Shown: positions 7,959 through 16,171, counted from the stretch's first letter. The stretch: 64,000 nt of DNA from Eubacteriales bacterium (GCA_045537045.1 JAZSOS010000043.1:13452-77451), one strand, 5' to 3'. The notes: generated by a model from the letters alone, not told the origin. Program-made: numbers and translations.

Positions 7959-9659
7959 ATGTCTGAGTATTCAGAGCGGCTGGAACAGCAAGCTGATTTA
8001 CTTTGGCAAAACGTTGCCGGCTTTGAACAGAAAGCACTGCAACGCATAGGAGAACGCATTAAGGCTATAGGCAAAATGAGTGTTGCCGATGCACAGGCTA
8101 TAAACAACGCAGCGTTTGTAAAACAGGATATGCAGGCGATTACAAAAGAGCTTGCACGCGTTACGGGTATGAACATTGCCGAGGTCGAAAAGATGTATGG
8201 CGAGCTTATTGCGTCTCAGCACGACGCGAACAAGGTTCTTTATGATTACCGTGGCAAGATGTTTGCTCCGCTCTCGGAAAATCGTGAGCTGCAGGCAATG
8301 GTTCGGGCGTTTGCCAAAACCTCAGGTGAGTCGATGATAAATCTGAGCATGACAAAGGCACTCGGGCTCATAAATAGACGCGGGAACTTTATCGGCCTGC
8401 AGAAATACATATACGACGCATACGGGAAAGCGGCGGTTGCAGTAACCTCCGGAACCGCGGATTTTAATAGCGCGGTACGCGATACAATCCGTGAACTGGG
8501 TGGAAGCGGAATGAGAATTGACTACGGTGGCGGAGTAACGCGTAGGCTTGATACGGCAGTTCGCCAGAACGTCTTGTGGGGTGCCAAGCAGGTCAGCGTT
8601 GAGTACAACGAGATGATTGGTGAAGAGCTCGGATGCGATGGCATTGAAATCGACTGGCACTCAAACCCGCGACCGAATCACGTGTTCATGCAGGGGAAAC
8701 AGTACGCATTAGGTGGGGGCAAGACCGTTAACGGCATCACATACGAAAGTGCAGACCGTGCGCTTGAAGCGCTTGCTGATTATGGATGTTTGCATTTTAA
8801 AACACCTATTATTTTGGGCGTTTCGGAACCGACACACTCTTCTGAAGAGCTACGCCGGCTTAATGAGCAGAACAAACGCACTTTCGATATTGACGGGAAG
8901 CTAATGACCGGATATGAGTGCCGACAGTCTATGCGGTGGCTCGAAACAGAGGTTCGTAAGCAACGTGATATAAAAACCGCGGCACAAGCGAGTGGAGATA
9001 AGAAACTTGTCCGTGAGTGTAACGAAAAAATCAAACTCTATACTGAAAAGTATAATCAGATAGCTGATGTGTCTGGAATCAAGCCTCAGTACCAAAGAAT
9101 GGGCGTTGCCAAGAACCGAGGTGTTGACAATGCAAAAACACAAGGTTATAATATATCAAAAGGGCTGTCTGCCAAAATCGGCGAAGAGGGTGTTCCGCTT
9201 CATGAAGAGCCTAAATTGATAAAGCGCATAGACTATTCAGATAAAGCAGCAGTTGCCGAAACTATAACAGAGTTTGAACAGTTTGTTATGAATGATGAAA
9301 TAGAAAACGCCCTCGTTATCACAAGAAACGGGGAAATATATCGTTGTTATGGAATAAAGAATCGAGTGTTCCCGGATTACGACTTGGGGGATAAGTTGCG
9401 CGGTGCAACTGTGAGCCATAATCATCCTATAGATGAGACATTAAACACGTTCAGTAAAGATGACTTGCAACTATTCTTAGAGTACAAACTGGATTCGTTA
9501 CGTGGATGCGACGAAAAATACATTTATGAATTCACGTGGGACAGTGAAAATATCGACGAAATACCGGATGAATGGGATTCTGAAGAAAACTATTGGCATG
9601 CGAAAATGATTCAAAAAGCGAGTGAAGCAAAAGTTGGTTATAGGAGATGGAAAAGGTGA
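7959..9659 (+). CDS. Minor capsid / head-morphogenesis protein (SPP1 gp7/MuF position) with add-on C-terminal JAB-like domain
   Basis: 566 aa after portal; IEIDWHSNPRPNHVFMQGKQY recalls phage minor capsid protein families; residues ~420-566 AT-rich with SHNHP-x9-SKDD motif. Confidence 0.75.
   Translation: MSEYSERLEQQADLLWQNVAGFEQKALQRIGERIKAIGKMSVADAQAINNAAFVKQDMQAITKELARVTGMNIAEVEKMYGELIASQHDANKVLYDYRGKMFAPLSENRELQAMVRAFAKTSGESMINLSMTKALGLINRRGNFIGLQKYIYDAYGKAAVAVTSGTADFNSAVRDTIRELGGSGMRIDYGGGVTRRLDTAVRQNVLWGAKQVSVEYNEMIGEELGCDGIEIDWHSNPRPNHVFMQGKQYALGGGKTVNGITYESADRALEALADYGCLHFKTPIILGVSEPTHSSEELRRLNEQNKRTFDIDGKLMTGYECRQSMRWLETEVRKQRDIKTAAQASGDKKLVRECNEKIKLYTEKYNQIADVSGIKPQYQRMGVAKNRGVDNAKTQGYNISKGLSAKIGEEGVPLHEEPKLIKRIDYSDKAAVAETITEFEQFVMNDEIENALVITRNGEIYRCYGIKNRVFPDYDLGDKLRGATVSHNHPIDETLNTFSKDDLQLFLEYKLDSLRGCDEKYIYEFTWDSENIDEIPDEWDSEENYWHAKMIQKASEAKVGYRRWKR
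9124..9152 (+). promoter_or_regulatory. Perfect sigma-A consensus promoter TTGACA-17-TATAAT inside the minor-capsid CDS
   Basis: TTGACA 9124-9129, 17-nt spacer, TATAAT 9147-9152; lies at the start of the AT-rich C-terminal segment. Confidence 0.55.
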
Positions 9660-9853
9660 CCAAAGAAGAGGCAAAAAAAGAATATATCAAAATAATTGAT
9701 GAGGCGAACCAAAAGTGTGACGAAATAGAAAAAGAAGCCAAGAAAAAAGGTTTGTGGTCGCCTGGATTGGATTCCAATAATCATTTGTTCAGGGAAGTGG
9801 ACGAGGAAGCCCTTCGAAAAATAAAGGAACTCAAAGCTCAGGTAGATGAGTGA
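9647..9853 (+). CDS. Small Lys/Glu-rich coiled-coil protein (68 aa), possible partner/immunity of the preceding domain
   Basis: ORF overlaps end of 7959..9659 by 13 nt; AT-rich like the add-on domain. Confidence 0.5.
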   Translation: MEKVTKEEAKKEYIKIIDEANQKCDEIEKEAKKKGLWSPGLDSNNHLFREVDEEALRKIKELKAQVDE

Positions 9854-9873
9854 GTTTCACAACTTAATAAATC

Positions 9874-9910
9874 AACTACTGTATAACAATGTTGTACGGT
9901 AGTTTTTTTA
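9874..9910 (+). terminator. Rho-independent terminator
   Basis: Arms 9874-9883 and 9893-9904 followed by T7 run. Confidence 0.6.
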
Positions 9911-9994
9911 TACACTTTTGTCCGGAATGACGCGAAACTAACAATCCGAAGCGGAAAGAAACCGCGAGAACAAACTGAAAGGAGAAATGTCAAA

Positions 9995-10573
9995 ATGACA
10001 AGAGAAGACATCAAAAAGCACATTGAGGGAGTAACAGACGAGCAGATTAATGCCCTTCTTGATATCCATTCAGCCGATATCGGAAAGGCGAAGCGTGATT
10101 ATGACGCAATAAAGCTTGAAAATGACACTCTCAAAAAGGACAAGGAAGGTCTTGAGAATAAAATCTCGGAGCTTTCGGAAAAATCAAGCTCAGCTGATGA
10201 TTATAAAAAGCAGCTTGAAGATCTGCAGAAGCAGATAAAGGAAGAAAAAGAGCAAGCAGAGGCAGACCGCCTTGCAAAGGAAAAGGCGGCGGCGATTGCA
10301 ACGCGCTTCGATTCGGTTGTGGGTGAGAAGAAGTTCGCTCACGATGCAATCCGCGCTGATTACCTCGCAAAGTTCACGGAAGCTGTTGGAAATGAAACGA
10401 ATGCCGGCAAATCCGACAGCGATATCTTCACTCAGCTTACAAAAGACGATGCCGGAGCGTTTGAGAACGTTGTAGCATACAAGCTTGAGGGTGGACGTCC
10501 TGGCTTTGACGGAGAGGCAATCGACGATGCAAAGGCGCGTGAGATTATGGGTCTTCCGCCTCTGAAAAACTAA
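9995..10573 (+). CDS. Scaffolding protein
   Basis: 192 aa, highly charged coiled coil, immediately upstream of major capsid gene. Confidence 0.65.
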   Translation: MTREDIKKHIEGVTDEQINALLDIHSADIGKAKRDYDAIKLENDTLKKDKEGLENKISELSEKSSSADDYKKQLEDLQKQIKEEKEQAEADRLAKEKAAAIATRFDSVVGEKKFAHDAIRADYLAKFTEAVGNETNAGKSDSDIFTQLTKDDAGAFENVVAYKLEGGRPGFDGEAIDDAKAREIMGLPPLKN

Positions 10574-10592
10574 AAGAAAGGAAAATTAAATT

Positions 10593-11456
10593 ATGGCAAA
10601 TGTAATAGCACTTTTTAAAAAGTATATCGCCCTTCTTGATGAAGTATACAAGCACTCCGCAACTTCGGCTGTGCTTGACGGAGATTCGTCACTTGTACAG
10701 ATGGGCGCAAACACAAATGAGATTATCGTCCCGAAACTCTCTATGGACGGACTTGCGGAATACTCACGCAACGACGGCTATGTGAAGGGTGATGTTAATC
10801 TCACGATGGAAACGGTTAAGTTCAACTATGACCGTGGCAGAAAGTTCTCTGTCGACGCGATGGACAACGAGGAGACTGCGGGAGCAGCTTTTGGTAAGCT
10901 CTCAAGTGAGTTTATCAGAACACGCGTGGTTCCGGAAATGGATGCTCTTCGTTTTGCAATGTATGCAAGCTGTGAGGGAATATCTTTAGCTACAGGCACG
11001 CTCGCAGACGGAAACGCAGTTCTTGCAGCACTTGTTGCAGGTCAGAGCAAGATGGATGAGGATGAGGTTCCGGAGGAGAACAGAATTCTTTTTATCACCC
11101 CGACGTGTTACAATGCTGTTCGCGCGGTTGACACAACCAAGTCCAGAGAGGTTCTCGACTCTTTCTCAAAGATTATCAAGGTTCCGCAGAGTCGCTTTAA
11201 TACGCAGATTACCCTTAACGATGGTAAGAGCGAAGGTGAAGAGGTTGGTGGCTTTACCGCAACCGGAAGTGATATCAACTTTATGATTATTCATAAGCCT
11301 GCGGTTCTGCAGTATCCGAAGCACGTTGTTAATAAAGTTATCTCTCCGGAGGACAACCAGGACAGCGACGGATATCTCTTCTTCTACCGTGCATACGGCC
11401 TTGCCGATGTATACGAGAACAAGCTTGCAGGCATCTATGCACACTCTAAGGCGTAA
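10593..11456 (+). CDS. Major capsid protein
   Basis: 287 aa after scaffold; strong RBS; position and size. Confidence 0.75.
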   Translation: MANVIALFKKYIALLDEVYKHSATSAVLDGDSSLVQMGANTNEIIVPKLSMDGLAEYSRNDGYVKGDVNLTMETVKFNYDRGRKFSVDAMDNEETAGAAFGKLSSEFIRTRVVPEMDALRFAMYASCEGISLATGTLADGNAVLAALVAGQSKMDEDEVPEENRILFITPTCYNAVRAVDTTKSREVLDSFSKIIKVPQSRFNTQITLNDGKSEGEEVGGFTATGSDINFMIIHKPAVLQYPKHVVNKVISPEDNQDSDGYLFFYRAYGLADVYENKLAGIYAHSKA

Positions 11457-11469
11457 GGGGGTGTAAATT

Positions 11470-11565
11470 ATGTCGAAGGTTATAGGAAAGAAGAAGCTCG
11501 GCAAACCGAAACGGGAAAAGCCGGAACAGGAGGAACCGAAACAGGAAGGCACTTCGGATAAATAA
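11470..11565 (+). CDS. Small Lys-rich protein (31 aa), uncertain
   Basis: ATG 11470 preceded by AAGGGGGTG; MSKVIGKKKLGKPKREKPEQEEPKQEGTSDK. Confidence 0.3.
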   Translation: MSKVIGKKKLGKPKREKPEQEEPKQEGTSDK

Positions 11566-11585
11566 CGAAACGGCGGTGATACGGT

Positions 11586-11993
11586 ATGGATAGGTATGGT
11601 ATATCTTATACAGATTATCTCAGAATGGGCGGTAATTCGTATTCTAATTCTAAGGAGGGAAGAGGACTGTTTGAAACTGCTGCTCAATATGCACATGCAG
11701 CCATATATAACGCAACAAAAGGGAGAATGGGATGGGGTATAGACGATCCCAACCACTATGTTCCTCATGCTGTGTCAGAGCTTTCTTTTGAGATTATAGA
11801 GCTTTACGCTGCATATGCATCAAGACGCGGAATTACAGGCAAGAGTCAGTCTTCGGACGGTGTTTCTGCAAGCGAGACTTGCAGGTCGCTTGCAGAGAGG
11901 GAGGCAGAGGTTGATGAACTCATCCTCAGATATCTTGAAAATGAGACACTTCCGGACGGAACTCCGCTTTTGTATCGTGGGTGCAGTGTATGA
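11586..11993 (+). CDS. Head-tail connector/neck protein (by position)
   Basis: 135-aa ORF after capsid gene. Confidence 0.5.
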   Translation: MDRYGISYTDYLRMGGNSYSNSKEGRGLFETAAQYAHAAIYNATKGRMGWGIDDPNHYVPHAVSELSFEIIELYAAYASRRGITGKSQSSDGVSASETCRSLAEREAEVDELILRYLENETLPDGTPLLYRGCSV

Positions 11994-12406
11994 CGGATTT
12001 GTGGAATAAAACGGTTACGGTATACAACAGTATTCCTGCTGAGAAAGATATTCCGAGAAGCTTTTGTCGCGCGGTGATAAAGAAATGCTTTTGTCGCAGT
12101 GAACTTACAAGTTCAAGTGCGGATACGACGGTTGAGAAGCGCACGTCTCACCCTCGGCTCCGTACCAAAGACATTTCAGGATATTTGCCGCCCGAAAGTT
12201 ATTATTCTCTTTCTGAGGAAAAACGGGCGAACAAATACACCGTGCAAATCGGGGATTTTATCGTTTTCGGCGAAGTTGACGATATGGTGACAAATGCGGC
12301 AGAGTATGCAGAACTGCAGCAGAGGTACCGTGAACGCGGTTTTCGTGTCACGTCCGTATCGGTCAACATTCACGGTCTGAACGTGGACCATATCGCAGTG
12401 TCGTAG
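11990..12406 (+). CDS. Neck / head-closure protein (by position)
   Basis: ATG 11990 overlaps previous stop (ATGA); track start GTG 11981. Confidence 0.5.
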   Translation: MTDLWNKTVTVYNSIPAEKDIPRSFCRAVIKKCFCRSELTSSSADTTVEKRTSHPRLRTKDISGYLPPESYYSLSEEKRANKYTVQIGDFIVFGEVDDMVTNAAEYAELQQRYRERGFRVTSVSVNIHGLNVDHIAVS

Positions 12407-12416
12407 GAGGAAATGC

Positions 12417-12923
12417 ATGAGCAAAACAGCAGAGCTATTTGAGTTTATGCGCAAATGTCCGGGGCTTGAAAAGCTCTGGAGCATAGGAACGACGGAAGCA
12501 GCGGGGGAGTCGGTGATTCTTCCGCAGGGCGCAAGCGAAAAGGTACAAAGGAACGAGAAAACGGATGTTAATGGGGATTACATTTGTAATATACATCCGT
12601 ATCCGTCTGTGTACGAGGATTATCAGATAAACTGCTTCCGCTTCTATGACGGACAGGACAGCAGCGCACCGGAAGAGAACATCAACGTTCTTACATTCGA
12701 TGAGGTACGTGGGATATGTGACTGGATTGAAATGTGTAACGAAGCGGAGTTTCTTCCAGAGATAACCGGCGAAACCGTGACCGAGATAGAATGCAATCCG
12801 CCCGTTCCGCAAATACGCTATGTAAACCACGCAGAGAACATTATAGCCTTTTTTATAACAGTGCGGGTTCGCTACATAAACCGTGCAAGACGGCGGGTGA
12901 TTGAGCGTGAATGCCAGGCTTGA
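12417..12923 (+). CDS. Neck / tail-completion protein (by position)
   Basis: 168-aa ORF in structural module. Confidence 0.5.
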   Translation: MSKTAELFEFMRKCPGLEKLWSIGTTEAAGESVILPQGASEKVQRNEKTDVNGDYICNIHPYPSVYEDYQINCFRFYDGQDSSAPEENINVLTFDEVRGICDWIEMCNEAEFLPEITGETVTEIECNPPVPQIRYVNHAENIIAFFITVRVRYINRARRRVIERECQA

Positions 12924-13332
12924 ACTGAACGAGCAGCGAATCCGCGAAAAAATCAAAAATGACCGTTTCGGGAAGTTTGCAGCCACGACGTGGAAAAAGC
13001 TCATTGACCCATACACGCCAAAGGATAGCGGCGTTATGCAGGACACGGCTAAAATCCGGCCGTGGGAAATAGAGTACATCCAGCCGTATTCTGCCTATCA
13101 GTATTACGGCGAAGTCTATGTGGATCCCAAAACCGGAGCAGCGGGGTTTCTTACCGATGAAGGGTGGAAATCCCGCAAGGAAGTGAAGAAAATTCCCTCC
13201 GGAAGAGAATTGCAATATCAAAAAAACAACCCGTATTCCACGCATCACTGGGATGAGGCGGCAGAAAAAGCGGGGCAAAAAAACAAGCTGTACCGTACAC
13301 TTAACAGCGCACTAAGAAACGGACAGTATTAA
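12901..13332 (+). CDS. Neck / tail-completion protein (by position)
   Basis: 143-aa ORF overlapping previous gene; TTG 12901 or GTG 12907 start. Confidence 0.5.
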   Translation: MSVNARLELNEQRIREKIKNDRFGKFAATTWKKLIDPYTPKDSGVMQDTAKIRPWEIEYIQPYSAYQYYGEVYVDPKTGAAGFLTDEGWKSRKEVKKIPSGRELQYQKNNPYSTHHWDEAAEKAGQKNKLYRTLNSALRNGQY

Positions 13333-13348
13333 AGATTGGAGGGAGAAT

Positions 13349-13891
13349 ATGTCATCAGAATTTAACAGTTTTGCAAATCCAAAGATTGAAACAAAAAGGT
13401 TCAAGATTTACGCCGATGTCGGAGGCACAACAACTCCGAACTGGGAGCTTCAGGGCAGAGGCGTTGAAAGCTGGACTATTGAGGAAAACGAGGACGTCAC
13501 AAAGACTCCTGATGTTCTCGGCTTTGTTGATATCGAGCGCGGTACGGCACAGCCGACACAGAGCGGAGTCGTTGTACGCTTGCGTAAAGAAAGCAAGCTC
13601 GGTAAGCTTCTCTTCGATGCATGGTATTCGGGCGACAAGTCAAAACTCGATGCGTTGAAGATTTTGCAGAAGTTTGAGTTTGTCGATGGTGCAAATGCGG
13701 ACACGTGTCTGGCTCGTCTTGAAGAGGACGTTTTGATTTCGGTCAACTCGTTCAACGGCGAAGCAGGCGGGTATCTGTCCTTTGACATTGATATCCATTA
13801 CGCAAACAAACGCACTTGCGGTACAATGCCTAAGGAAGACGGCGAAACGATAACGTTCACGCAGAACACTGCAACAGCCAGTGAGGAATAA
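13349..13891 (+). CDS. Major tail protein
   Basis: 180 aa, strong RBS GGAGGGAG, followed by terminator and chaperone pair. Confidence 0.65.
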   Translation: MSSEFNSFANPKIETKRFKIYADVGGTTTPNWELQGRGVESWTIEENEDVTKTPDVLGFVDIERGTAQPTQSGVVVRLRKESKLGKLLFDAWYSGDKSKLDALKILQKFEFVDGANADTCLARLEEDVLISVNSFNGEAGGYLSFDIDIHYANKRTCGTMPKEDGETITFTQNTATASEE

Positions 13892-13897
13892 TACGAG

Positions 13898-13931
13898 AGC
13901 CGTCTCTTCTTAACTGGAGAGACGGCTTTTC
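13898..13931 (+). terminator. Rho-independent terminator after major tail gene
   Basis: AGCCGTCTCT (13898-13907) / AGAGACGGCT (13918-13927) plus TTTT. Confidence 0.6.
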
Positions 13932-13954
13932 ATTAAATCAGGAGGTTTTGTATA

Positions 13955-14395
13955 ATGAAGCTGAATACAGGAAAGATAGCTTTTCCCATTGAGTTTGATA
14001 ATGGGGATAAACAGAATATATATTTCAATCCGAATGATCCGAACTTATCCGTCCGCCTTAAAGATTTTCAGGACAGGGTTTCGGAGAGAATAAAGGAACT
14101 TGATGATGTCCGGCTCGATGCAAAGGGAACACCTGAAGATGTTGAAAAAATCGAAGAGTTCCGCCGAATCCAGAATGTCTTGTATGAAGAACTCGATGTT
14201 GCATTTGGCGGCGAGGTCTCTGCAGTAGTGTTTAAGCACTGCTCACCTTTCGCAATTGTAAACGGCGATTATTTTCTTATGCAGTTCATCGAAGCGATAA
14301 GACCGGAGATAGAAAAGCACATAAAGAAGGCGAGCTCGGCCGTTGAGGCGAAGATGAAAAAGCATCTCGACAAGTACGGAGCGTATAAAAAATGA
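13955..14395 (+). CDS. Tail assembly chaperone (gpG-like)
   Basis: 146 aa acidic protein between major tail and TMP region; ends in AAAAAATGA. Confidence 0.6.
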   Translation: MKLNTGKIAFPIEFDNGDKQNIYFNPNDPNLSVRLKDFQDRVSERIKELDDVRLDAKGTPEDVEKIEEFRRIQNVLYEELDVAFGGEVSAVVFKHCSPFAIVNGDYFLMQFIEAIRPEIEKHIKKASSAVEAKMKKHLDKYGAYKK

Positions 14396-14952
14396 CGTGG
14401 GATTTGCCCGTTTCCGTAACTGCAGACGGTAGGAAATATCCGATACGAAACAGATGCGATTACCGCGTTGTTCTCGATGTTCTGGAGGCGCTCAACGACG
14501 AAGAGCTTCCGCCTGAATACAGAATGGAGTGTGCACTGCGTATTTTCTATAAGGATTTGACGGATGCGTGCGATACGGAGACACTTGTACGTGAGATGCT
14601 CAGAATTATAAATTACGGTGAAGAAGAAAGTGAGACCGAGCGTGAACAGGAACGGCCGCGTCTTATGGACTGGTCGCACGATTTCCCGCAACTTTCCCCG
14701 CCGGTGAGCCGCATTCTCGGGTATGATGTCCGCACGCCCAGAAAATACACCCATTGGTGGACGTTTCTTGCTGGATATTTCGAGATAGGCGAATGCACCT
14801 TCGCAAACATTATTTCAATCCGGAATAAGCGCATGAAAGGGAAAAAGCTTGAAAAGTGGGAAGAGGAATTTCTTCGCGATAACCGGAAGCTTGTTGAACT
14901 GCCCCGCGCTCTTTCTGCCGAAGAAGAGGCGTTTTTGCTTGCAGATTGGTAA
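14392..14952 (+). CDS. Tail assembly protein (Gp15-like / gpT-like)
   Basis: 186 aa, in -1 frame relative to previous ORF, ATG overlapping its stop; sequence recalls bacteriophage Gp15 family. Confidence 0.6.
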   Translation: MTWDLPVSVTADGRKYPIRNRCDYRVVLDVLEALNDEELPPEYRMECALRIFYKDLTDACDTETLVREMLRIINYGEEESETEREQERPRLMDWSHDFPQLSPPVSRILGYDVRTPRKYTHWWTFLAGYFEIGECTFANIISIRNKRMKGKKLEKWEEEFLRDNRKLVELPRALSAEEEAFLLADW

Positions 14953-14986
14953 AAATAGTGTTTTTTGACAAATTTAAACATTTTTC

Positions 14987-15015
14987 TTGCATATCCTTGA
15001 AATATAATATATAAT
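14987..15015 (+). promoter_or_regulatory. Candidate promoter TTGCAT-17-TATAAT
   Basis: Direct reading; predicted +1 coincides with the first base of the outer stem at 15021. Confidence 0.35.
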
Positions 15016-15020
15016 AAGCG

Positions 15021-15167
15021 TGTCACACCAATAAAATATCTTTAAGATGGAATATATTTTCTCTTATATCTTAACTCGAAAAGGGGTATCTTTCTTTGTG
15101 AAGGGTGCATCCTCTGTTTTCTTATCCCTTTTTGAGGGCGTATAAGAGAAATGTAATTGGTGTGACA
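15021..15167 (+). promoter_or_regulatory. Structured 5' leader: three nested helices
   Basis: TGTCACACCAAT 15021-15032 pairs ATTGGTGTGACA 15156-15167; CTCTTATA 15061-15068 pairs TATAAGAG 15141-15148; AAAAGGGG 15079-15086 pairs CCCTTTTT 15126-15133. Confidence 0.4.
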
Positions 15168-15195
15168 ACCTTACAAACAGAGTCGTGCATTTTTC

Positions 15196-15236
15196 ATGTG
15201 CAGCTCTGCTTGTCGGGGTTGCACATTTTTTATTTT
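15196..15236 (+). terminator. Leader terminator hairpin directly upstream of RBS
   Basis: ATGTGCA 15196-15202 / TGCACAT 15220-15226, extendable with G-U pairs, then TTTTTTATTTT. Confidence 0.5.
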
Positions 15237-15253
15237 ACAAGGAGGAAAACGTT

Positions 15254-16030
15254 ATGGGATTGTTTTCATCAAAGGCAACATGTGCTGTTTGCGGGGAAAT
15301 TTGCGGCTCAAAAAAGTTTCCAATCAAGGACAAATTGTGGGTGTGTCAGAAGTGTTATAAAGCTGCTGGATTTACTGTTTTGGTACCTACAAAAACTATG
15401 ACAGCGGAGGCTATTAAAGAGACAATAAAGAGCAGAGAGGGCAATGCGAAAAAGCTTGAGACGTTTCAAGTGACAAAGGAAGTTGCCGGATGGCTCAAAG
15501 TGGACGAAAATGCGCGGGAATGGTTTATTCCTGACGGATTTGGCGGAAAGGTAAAGAATCCCCGTATTCATTCTTATGATGATGTTATTGACTTTGAACT
15601 GTTAGAAGATGGAGGCTCAATTGTAAAAGGCGGTCTTGGTCGTGCGGTAGCTGGAGGTATTTTGTTCGGAGGTTTGGGCGCACTTGTAGGTGGAGCAACC
15701 GGAAAAAGAACCGGAAAACCGACCTGCACTTCTTTGAAAATTAAAATTACTTTGAATGATATGGCATCACCGACAGAATATATATACCTGATTACATCGG
15801 AAACCAAGAAGAATAGTATAATATATCGAACCTGCGAAAGCCAAGCACAAGAAATATTGTCTTTATTCCAGGTTATGTGCGATTCCAATAAGAGTATTCC
15901 GACAGCTCCACCAGTTGTGCAGGAGCAAAGTGCAGCTGACGAAATAGCTAAATTCAAGCAGCTTCTTGATAGCGGCGTTATAACAGAGGAAGAGTTTGAA
16001 GCAAAGAAAAAGCAGTTGCTCGGTCTTTGA
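15254..16030 (+). CDS. Zn-ribbon / glycine-zipper / SHOCT-domain protein
   Basis: ATG 15254 with GGAGG 8 nt upstream; CAVC...CQKC N-terminus; GGLGRAVAGGILFGGLGALVGGATG; C-terminal IAKFKQLLDSGVITEEEFEAKKKQLL is a SHOCT motif. Confidence 0.7.
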   Translation: MGLFSSKATCAVCGEICGSKKFPIKDKLWVCQKCYKAAGFTVLVPTKTMTAEAIKETIKSREGNAKKLETFQVTKEVAGWLKVDENAREWFIPDGFGGKVKNPRIHSYDDVIDFELLEDGGSIVKGGLGRAVAGGILFGGLGALVGGATGKRTGKPTCTSLKIKITLNDMASPTEYIYLITSETKKNSIIYRTCESQAQEILSLFQVMCDSNKSIPTAPPVVQEQSAADEIAKFKQLLDSGVITEEEFEAKKKQLLGL

Positions 16031-16042
16031 ATTTAAATACAT

Positions 16043-16076
16043 AAACCCACGTTTGTTTTGAAGCGTGGGTTTTTCT
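16043..16076 (+). terminator. Rho-independent terminator
   Basis: AAACCCACG / CGTGGGTTT plus T-run. Confidence 0.7.
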
Positions 16077-16112
16077 ATGCTCAAACTTTTTTCAGAAATC
16101 TTTTAAAAACAC

Positions 16113-16141
16113 TTGACAGGTGTGTACCTTTATGGTATAAT
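16113..16141 (+). promoter_or_regulatory. Perfect sigma-A promoter TTGACA-17-TGgTATAAT
   Basis: TTGACA 16113-16118, TATAAT 16136-16141, TG at 16133-16134. Confidence 0.7.
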
Positions 16142-16171
16142 AAATACATCAAATGAGGAAGGAGGAAGCCA

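Noticed and set aside
11166-11768. 200-aa minus-strand ORF, and similar long antisense ORFs (6595..7203, 12435..13079, 23518..24105, 36355..36909, 41887..42708, 56784..57530)
   Set aside because: They lie antisense to well-supported genes and have Cys/Arg/Phe-rich low-complexity translations with no RBS context. These are shadow ORFs.
15185-15253. N-terminal extension of the SHOCT ORF from GTG 15185
   Set aside because: The extension overlaps the leader terminator hairpin and U-run. A strong GGAGG RBS sits 8 nt before ATG 15254.
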